DNA of 64,000 nucleotides from an uncultured bacterium (GTDB lineage Bacteria; Oederibacteriota; JAAXVQ01; JAUVAV01): NCBI GenBank assembly GCA_963710755.1, contig CAVQBK010000013.1, positions 352,001 to 416,000 of the forward strand, read 5' to 3'. Shown piece by piece: positions 58,193 to 64,000 of this stretch (position 1 is its first letter; each line of letters starts with the position of its first letter). The notes under the pieces were generated by a model. It saw only the letters and a program-made list of their open reading frames with translations, ran no database searches and was not told where the DNA came from. The position numbers and the translations under genes were made by a program.

Positions 58193-58663
58193 TTATCCTT
58201 TGTTCATGGTTTGTTCCGCTAATATAATCTTCAATTCATCCATAAAGGCATTGATATCCTTAAACTGGCGGTACACGGAGGCAAATCGCACATAGGCCAC
58301 TTCGTCCATCTCGGCCAGTCTGCGCATGACCAGTTCCCCGATTTCATTGGCCTGGATTTCTTTTTCCATGCGGTTTTGGATAACTTTTTCAATTTCATCC
58401 ACCGCGGCTTCCAACTGTTCCGTGGAAATTGGTCTTTTTTCACAGGCTTTACGCATACCGGACACAATTTTAAAGCGGTCGAAAGGTTCACGGCGGTTGT
58501 CTTTCTTAACCACCATGGGCAGCACTTCCTCTACCTGTTCATAGGTGGTAAAGCGTTTGGTGCACTGCAGGCATTCCCGGCGGCGGCGGATGGCCAAGCC
58601 GTTTTTACTGGTGCGCGAATCCACCACTTTATCTTCCTGGTAACCGCAAAATGGGCATTTCAT
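58193..58663 (-). CDS. nrdR: Transcriptional repressor NrdR
   Basis: [30 protein letters not shown] zinc ribbon, ATP cone, [12 protein letters not shown]. Confidence 0.98.
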   Translation of the reverse strand: MKCPFCGYQEDKVVDSRTSKNGLAIRRRRECLQCTKRFTTYEQVEEVLPMVVKKDNRREPFDRFKIVSGMRKACEKRPISTEQLEAAVDEIEKVIQNRMEKEIQANEIGELVMRRLAEMDEVAYVRFASVYRQFKDINAFMDELKIILAEQTMNKG

Positions 58664-58664
58664 A

Positions 58665-60926
58665 CTAGGGCTTTCCTCCTTGTAGGCGTGCGATACGTTG
58701 TTCCAATTCAGCCACCCGCCTAGAATGCGGCGCCTGGCTGATGATGGTTTGATACTCGCGAACCGCCAGTTCCGCCCGGCCCAGACGTTCCAGTATCAAG
58801 CCTTTATTATAGCGGGCTTCAAGATTTCCTGGTTGCAAGGACAGGGATTCATCAAAAGCCTGCAGCGCCCCTTCCAGCTCATTAAAGCGCACCCGCACGA
58901 TACCCAAATTACTGAGCGTTGAGGCCCGGGTTAAAATATCGCCGCGCCAATTTTTTTCAGAAGCCAAAGTCAGGTTGCGTTTGGCTTTTTGCATATTGTT
59001 TTCCATCAACCCCACATACCCCAGATAGGCATAGGGCATGGCAAAATCAGGAAACAATTCAATCAGGTGCCGGGCTGTTTTTTCCACTTTGTCCCATTGG
59101 TGCAATGATATCAGAACCGAGGCCAGATCCAAATTAAAATACGCATTATAAGGATCAAGGGTTACGGCTTCTTGACAGGCCTTTTCTGCATCCTGCAGTT
59201 TTTGCTTATCCAACAGCTCTCCCCAATACTTGTACACCCTTCCCAGATTGTTATAGTTGTAGCCGTTGAGCGGATTCATGGCCAAGGTGTGGAGATGGAT
59301 GGCTTCGGCTTTGCGCAGGTAGGATAGTTTGTCGGAGGCCTGTTTGGCCATCCCTTCCAGGGCAATGCCTTCTTTCACCCAATAAATTTCCCGCCAGGGA
59401 TTGATAGCCACAGCCCGGTGCAGATCAGGCAGGGACCGCTCCACCTGTCCCTGAGTCATAAGGATAATACCCCGCTTGAAAAACACATCGGCAGACCACA
59501 ACCGCAGCGACCAGAACATTAATCCAACTGCTGCCACTACCGCCGAGCCCACCAGAACCCACTGCCGGGCAGACCATTGGCCGGGCAGCAGGGGCTTATC
59601 CGGCGTCAGGCGCACCGGATCCTCTTGACGGCTTAACGCCGGCCCTAAAGCGAGAAAGAACCAGAACAGAGCTCCGTAAGCCACCACGGTAAAGTTGAAT
59701 TGGTTCTGCACCAAAAAGCCTATTTGGGCCAAGGCAATGGCTGCGGCCAGATGGCGACGGTTCCCTTCCAAGTGGCGCAATTGCTTATAGACAATGGCAA
59801 AATAGGTAATCAGCAGCCACAGCCAGGCGCCGAGTCCCAGCAGGCCGGTGGTGGCGCCGATTTGCAGAAAGAAGTTGTGCGCTTTTTCCGGAGTGCCGTT
59901 CCATTCCAATTCCCAATATAAGGGTAGCCGGTACTTGGGAAAGGTGATTTGGAACGTATCCAACCCGCTGCCCCATAGAGGCTTATCCTTAATCATTTTC
60001 AAGGCACTTTTCCAGATGTAAAGGCGGGGCGTCATTTTAATTTCCGATACCTTGAGGGTGGCCAGGGTACGGTGGACAGTGGTTTTTACGGTCTGCCTGA
60101 CCTGAGGCGCCAGCAGAGTTAAGCAGGCCATGACGGCAAAAACTATCAGCCAGCGTTTGTTTTCGCGCGCCAGACGTCCTGAACGCAGGTGGTCATAAAT
60201 CAAATAAGCGCCAAAGGCCAGCATTTCCACGGCCAGGCCATAAACAGCGCCTCGGCTTTTGGTAAAAAAAATGGCCACGGCCATGGTCACGGTCATCAAC
60301 AAAAAAAGTAACTTAGAGGAGACGCGCTGATTGATAATGAAAAACATCCAGGCAATAGGCAGAGTCATCAGGCCGTAAGCTGCCAAAAAATTGGGATTGC
60401 CCAGGGACCCGAACATGCGGCTGGCCGAATAGGTGGTGGGATTCCATCGAATAAAATCGATGCCATAATTTTGCGCAATGCCATAAGCCGTGGCCAAGGT
60501 TCCGGCAATGACCACCATGTACAGATATTTTTTAACGTCCTGAAACGTGGTGGTGGTTTGGTGCACCAATACCCAAAGCATAAGGTAAGCGGCAATGATG
60601 ATAATGCCTTCGTAATCTTCATAAACCCCAAACACACTGGTGAGTATATTGTTGCTCAGGAGCGTGGACAACAGCGCGCTCAGACCCACCGCCGCCATCG
60701 GCGCCCAAAGCGGTGAGGGCCGCCACCTCCAGCCATGATTGACCGTTTTGTAAACAAGCAAGGCCGCAAAGGCCGGCAGCAGCAGCAATTGAAACGACGT
60801 AACTTTGTTCATCTCAAACACATCATGGGTGCGGATGTAAAATATCAGCGGCACGATAAAGATCATGGCCAAGAGCGAGAGCCTAATGGTTTTTTCCAAG
60901 GTGAGGTTTAATTGATTGACGGTCAT
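58665..60926 (-). CDS. O-antigen ligase (Wzy_C)-family membrane protein with C-terminal TPRs
   Basis: About 12 TM helices, [30 protein letters not shown], followed by TPR repeats. Confidence 0.88.
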   Translation of the reverse strand: MTVNQLNLTLEKTIRLSLLAMIFIVPLIFYIRTHDVFEMNKVTSFQLLLLPAFAALLVYKTVNHGWRWRPSPLWAPMAAVGLSALLSTLLSNNILTSVFGVYEDYEGIIIIAAYLMLWVLVHQTTTTFQDVKKYLYMVVIAGTLATAYGIAQNYGIDFIRWNPTTYSASRMFGSLGNPNFLAAYGLMTLPIAWMFFIINQRVSSKLLFLLMTVTMAVAIFFTKSRGAVYGLAVEMLAFGAYLIYDHLRSGRLARENKRWLIVFAVMACLTLLAPQVRQTVKTTVHRTLATLKVSEIKMTPRLYIWKSALKMIKDKPLWGSGLDTFQITFPKYRLPLYWELEWNGTPEKAHNFFLQIGATTGLLGLGAWLWLLITYFAIVYKQLRHLEGNRRHLAAAIALAQIGFLVQNQFNFTVVAYGALFWFFLALGPALSRQEDPVRLTPDKPLLPGQWSARQWVLVGSAVVAAVGLMFWSLRLWSADVFFKRGIILMTQGQVERSLPDLHRAVAINPWREIYWVKEGIALEGMAKQASDKLSYLRKAEAIHLHTLAMNPLNGYNYNNLGRVYKYWGELLDKQKLQDAEKACQEAVTLDPYNAYFNLDLASVLISLHQWDKVEKTARHLIELFPDFAMPYAYLGYVGLMENNMQKAKRNLTLASEKNWRGDILTRASTLSNLGIVRVRFNELEGALQAFDESLSLQPGNLEARYNKGLILERLGRAELAVREYQTIISQAPHSRRVAELEQRIARLQGGKP

Positions 60927-60980
60927 TTAAAACTCCTATGCAGGGTAACCCCCGGCGGACTTAATCATGTAAAAACGACA

Positions 60981-62117
60981 TCAGCTTCGGAAAGGCCGCG
61001 GTCGCCGGGGTTGATGCCCGCTGATCCACAAAAGCGCCGCCTCGATACGCGCGGCCGCCCGGCCATCTCCAAAAGGACAGACTTTCCGGCCTGGTCGGCC
61101 CGTAGGCTTGAGCAGCGCCAGAGCCTGGCGCTTGATGGCTTCCCGCGCCGGCGGCACGAGCACCGCTCCAGCACTAATGGCCTCAGGCCGTTCGGTAACA
61201 TGACGGCATATTATGGTGCGGATGCCCAGGGCCGTGGCTTCTTCCTGAATGCCGCCGGAATCGGTTATGACCAAGCGGGCATGGGCCAGCAAATTGACGA
61301 AAACATTATAAGCCATGGGCGCCTGCAGACCTAGATTTTTCAAAGGTTTTTTAAAAACCATTTGTACGGCCTGTCGCACACTGGGATTGGGATGGACGGG
61401 GAAAATAAACCCCAGCTCCGGGTTGAGCCGGGCCAGATCCAGAATAGCTTGAAGCATGGCTTTGAGCTCAGGTCCAAAACTTTCCCGGCGGTGCAGGGTG
61501 ATGATTACATAGTCCTCAAATTGGTTAGTCCAGGGCCGATGGTCAAATCCGGTCTTAACCGTGGCCTGCAGTGCATCCACCACTGTATTGCCGGTTACAA
61601 AAATGTTCTGTTTGGCCACACCCTCCTCAAGCAGGTGCTGAGCTGCGCCGGAGGTAGGTGCAAAATGCCAGGACGCCAGCAGACTGATCGTGCGGCGATG
61701 CATTTCTTCGGGAAACGGGTTCATGGGTTGATAGGTGCGCAGCCCTGCCTCCAGATGGCCCACAGGAATTTTCTCATAAAAGCCGGCCCAGGCGCCGGCC
61801 AAGGCTGTGCTGGTATCCCCTTGCACCATGACCAAATGAGGCCTGCGCGCCTTAATCAGGGGGGCTAATTTTTCCAAAGCTGCTGCCGTAAACGCTGCCG
61901 GCGTAGACTTGGAAGCCATTAAATGTAAATGGTCATCAGGTGTCATCGCCCAGTGGGCGAGCATGGGCTCCAACAAATCCCGGTGCTGACCGGTTGTCAC
62001 CACGGTGGTTTTGAAATGGGAAGACCGGGCTTTAAGGGCTTGGATCACGGGCGCGCACTTAATCACTTCCGGTCTGGTACCCATAATCACCAGAACATGG
62101 TATCGGTTCACAACCAT
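60981..62117 (-). CDS. wecB: UDP-N-acetylglucosamine 2-epimerase (non-hydrolysing)
   Basis: GTRPEVIK, TGQH, VQGDT, HLEAGLRT, HRRES, TDSGGIQEEA, TERPE and PFGDG. Confidence 0.96.
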   Translation of the reverse strand: MVVNRYHVLVIMGTRPEVIKCAPVIQALKARSSHFKTTVVTTGQHRDLLEPMLAHWAMTPDDHLHLMASKSTPAAFTAAALEKLAPLIKARRPHLVMVQGDTSTALAGAWAGFYEKIPVGHLEAGLRTYQPMNPFPEEMHRRTISLLASWHFAPTSGAAQHLLEEGVAKQNIFVTGNTVVDALQATVKTGFDHRPWTNQFEDYVIITLHRRESFGPELKAMLQAILDLARLNPELGFIFPVHPNPSVRQAVQMVFKKPLKNLGLQAPMAYNVFVNLLAHARLVITDSGGIQEEATALGIRTIICRHVTERPEAISAGAVLVPPAREAIKRQALALLKPTGRPGRKVCPFGDGRAAARIEAALLWISGHQPRRPRPFRS

Positions 62118-63115
62118 AATAACCCCAATCCCAGCGCCGACAAGAAAATGGAAATCATATTGATGAAGGCTACAGTCGCGGTCTTGGTGAATCCCCGCTT
62201 TTGCAGCTCATGGTGCCAGTGCCGGTTGTCAGCCTTGGAAATTGGTTCTCCCCGCCGCCAGCGTCTGAAAATAACCTGCACTGTATCCAACATGGGCCAG
62301 GCTAATATTAAAATCACCGTCCACGGTGCCGCGGCGGTGGGCGCCTGCCCCATAATTAAGATGCCTGCCAAACACAAGGTAAACCCGAACAGGCTGGACC
62401 CGGCATCACCTAAAAACAAACCGGCAGGCCAACGGTTGAAACGGTAAAACCCCAGGGCAGCGCCGGCACTGGCTGAAGCGATCAATGCCCCCAAGCGGCT
62501 TTGATAAGCGGCCAATAAGTTATCACTCTGCGCAGCGGCCACTACCCCGCCAATGCTCAAGGCCAAGCCGGCGATAAAGGTTTGACTGGCGGCCAGACCG
62601 TCTACCCCATCGATAAAATTAAAGGCATTAACCATGAAAAGCATCCACAGACAACTTAACATGAGACCAGCCAGAGGCCAGAGCCAAATAACCCCCTCCG
62701 AACCGGGGGCTCGGAACCCATGGAAATAAAAACCGGCAAAGACGACCAGCAAAACCGCTACAATTTGGGTGAGAAGCTTAACTTTGGGCGGTAAGACCAT
62801 CTTATCATCCACCAGGCCGGCCACGGTAATGATGAGAAACGCCAGGCCCACGATCCACAGCCTCTGACCCAGAAAGTCGCCGTGATAGCTCAACCAGAGC
62901 TGGACCTGTGGCAAACGAACTGCCATTAGCCAGGCGGTCGTCAAGCCCAAGGCCACGGCCAGGCCGCCCCATAAGGGCACCAACCGACGGTGGCGTTTGC
63001 GCTTGCGGTCCGGCTTATCGATTACATCATAATGGCGGGCCAGACGTTTAACCCAGGGGGTGGTCAAAAAGGTGATCACCCCGGCCGTGGCCATGATGAT
63101 CAGGTTGGTCAGCAT
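62108..63115 (-). CDS. MraY-family undecaprenyl-phosphate GlcNAc-1-phosphate transferase (WecA/TagO-like)
   Basis: VP..GG, GLVDD, NAFNFIDGVDGLA, FLGDAGS and D..HWHH. ATG at 63115 preferred. Confidence 0.92.
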   Translation of the reverse strand: MLTNLIIMATAGVITFLTTPWVKRLARHYDVIDKPDRKRKRHRRLVPLWGGLAVALGLTTAWLMAVRLPQVQLWLSYHGDFLGQRLWIVGLAFLIITVAGLVDDKMVLPPKVKLLTQIVAVLLVVFAGFYFHGFRAPGSEGVIWLWPLAGLMLSCLWMLFMVNAFNFIDGVDGLAASQTFIAGLALSIGGVVAAAQSDNLLAAYQSRLGALIASASAGAALGFYRFNRWPAGLFLGDAGSSLFGFTLCLAGILIMGQAPTAAAPWTVILILAWPMLDTVQVIFRRWRRGEPISKADNRHWHHELQKRGFTKTATVAFINMISIFLSALGLGLLWL

Positions 63116-63137
63116 AAGGATCCCCTGACTGGGAAGA

Positions 63138-63629
63138 TCACTTCCCTTCAAGCTGTTCGAAATGCACCAGGGCCACGCCGGCCTCTTCCAGCATTTCCAG
63201 GGATAATTGATCGGGGTAATGGCCTTCGTAAATTATTTTCTTGATACCGGCATTGATGATCATCTTGGTGCAGATCACACAGGGTTGGGTGGTGCAATAG
63301 AGCGTGGCACCGGCAATGGAACTGCCGTGGACGGCAGCTTGAATAATGGCATTTTGTTCACCATGCAGGCCGCGGCAGATTTCATGCCGTTCCCCTGAGG
63401 GAATATTGAGCTTGCTTCTCAAGCATCCCACCTCAGCACAGTGTCTGAGGCCCTTGGGTGGTCCATTATAGCCGGTGGCGATGATATGTTTATCTTTAAC
63501 CAATATAGCGCCCACCGACCGCCGGGTACAGGTGGAGCGCTTGGCTACGACCTTGGTAATCTCCATAAAATAGTGATCCCAACTGGGACGTTGGTTCCCG
63601 GGTTGAGGTTGGTTTGCTGCTGTTGTCAT
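63138..63629 (-). CDS. dCMP deaminase (ComEB-like)
   Basis: RPSWD.YFM, RSTC.RR.VGA, TGYNG, HGEQNA and PCVIC. Confidence 0.93.
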   Translation of the reverse strand: MTTAANQPQPGNQRPSWDHYFMEITKVVAKRSTCTRRSVGAILVKDKHIIATGYNGPPKGLRHCAEVGCLRSKLNIPSGERHEICRGLHGEQNAIIQAAVHGSSIAGATLYCTTQPCVICTKMIINAGIKKIIYEGHYPDQLSLEMLEEAGVALVHFEQLEGK

Positions 63630-63842
63630 TAGATTCTATGTCTCCAAGATCTAGGTTTTTTGCGCAGCCGGCGGCGTCCCTACATAATAATATCTTAACC
63701 GGTCGGGCTAGATAATTTTTTCCGGCTGTGCCCTTACGTCAAAGAAGATCGCAAAGAAGGACAAACCCTAGGCAACAAAACTTTAACTTTGCGTCCTTTG
63801 CGGCTTGCCATGAAAAATAATATTTTTTCCCGCTTTGCCAGT

Positions 63843-64000
63843 TCAGTCCTCTTTGAAATCCGGAAATTGCCGGCACAGGGCATTGACCTCTTGACGAATA
63901 CTGGCCAAAGCCTCGGTAGTACCGGAACTATGCACCACTCGGTGAACAAAACCGGCAATGGTCTTCATTTCTTCTTCTTTCATCCCCCGGGTGGTGACGG
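63843..64000 (-). CDS. glyA: Serine hydroxymethyltransferase, 3' end (starts beyond window end)
   Basis: Manual translation VTTRGMKEEEMKTIAGFVHRVV...IRQEVNALCRQFP matches the SHMT C-terminus; glyA often neighbours nrdR or dCMP deaminase. Confidence 0.88.
   Translation of the reverse strand, partial: VTTRGMKEEEMKTIAGFVHRVVHSSGTTEALASIRQEVNALCRQFPDFKED

Noticed and set aside
63734-63958. 74-aa ORF, and a GACGCAAAG motif suggesting a c-di-GMP-I riboswitch
   Set aside because: The ORF is an alternative frame over the glyA 3' end. The motif lacks the GGCAAAC/GAAA P2 context and fits the short intergenic repeat better.

Overview
Chromosomal window from an anaerobic, probably diderm bacterium. It mixes outer-membrane beta-barrel, PorV-like and FlgD-Ig proteins with Firmicutes-like genes (spmAB, fakA/degV, group A [FeFe]-hydrogenase). 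An uncultured candidate lineage such as FCPU426 is my guess, not a result. Housekeeping content: rpsU-dnaG-rpoD, HIT, mtaB, fba, hydB-hydA-hydC, rfbC, rubredoxin, SPFH protein, M16 peptidase, EndoQ, AmmeMemoRadiSam radical SAM, nrdR, O-antigen-ligase/TPR, wecB, WecA-like transferase, dCMP deaminase and the 3' end of glyA. The main feature is a 16.6-kb giant gene (14376-31030, minus strand). It reads as two ORFs but is very probably one ~5,550-aa protein broken by a single missing base in a T5 run at 20817-20821. It strings together an exported N-terminal domain, two GHKL ATPase regions, a 9-repeat beta-propeller-like tract, an HExxH zincin, a GH77 4-alpha-glucanotransferase and a glucoamylase/GH144-like domain. 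A duplicated 4-helix membrane module and internal signal-like segments separate these parts. Other points of interest: a CHASE2 adenylate cyclase-FecR-outer-membrane barrel cluster, spmAB coupled to an LD-carboxypeptidase, a histidine kinase with an apparent ACG start, a stand-alone V4R sensor pair and dispersed GTAG-type REP palindromes. I saw no tRNA, rRNA, CRISPR array or intact transposase. All assignments come from reading motifs by eye; no searches were run.
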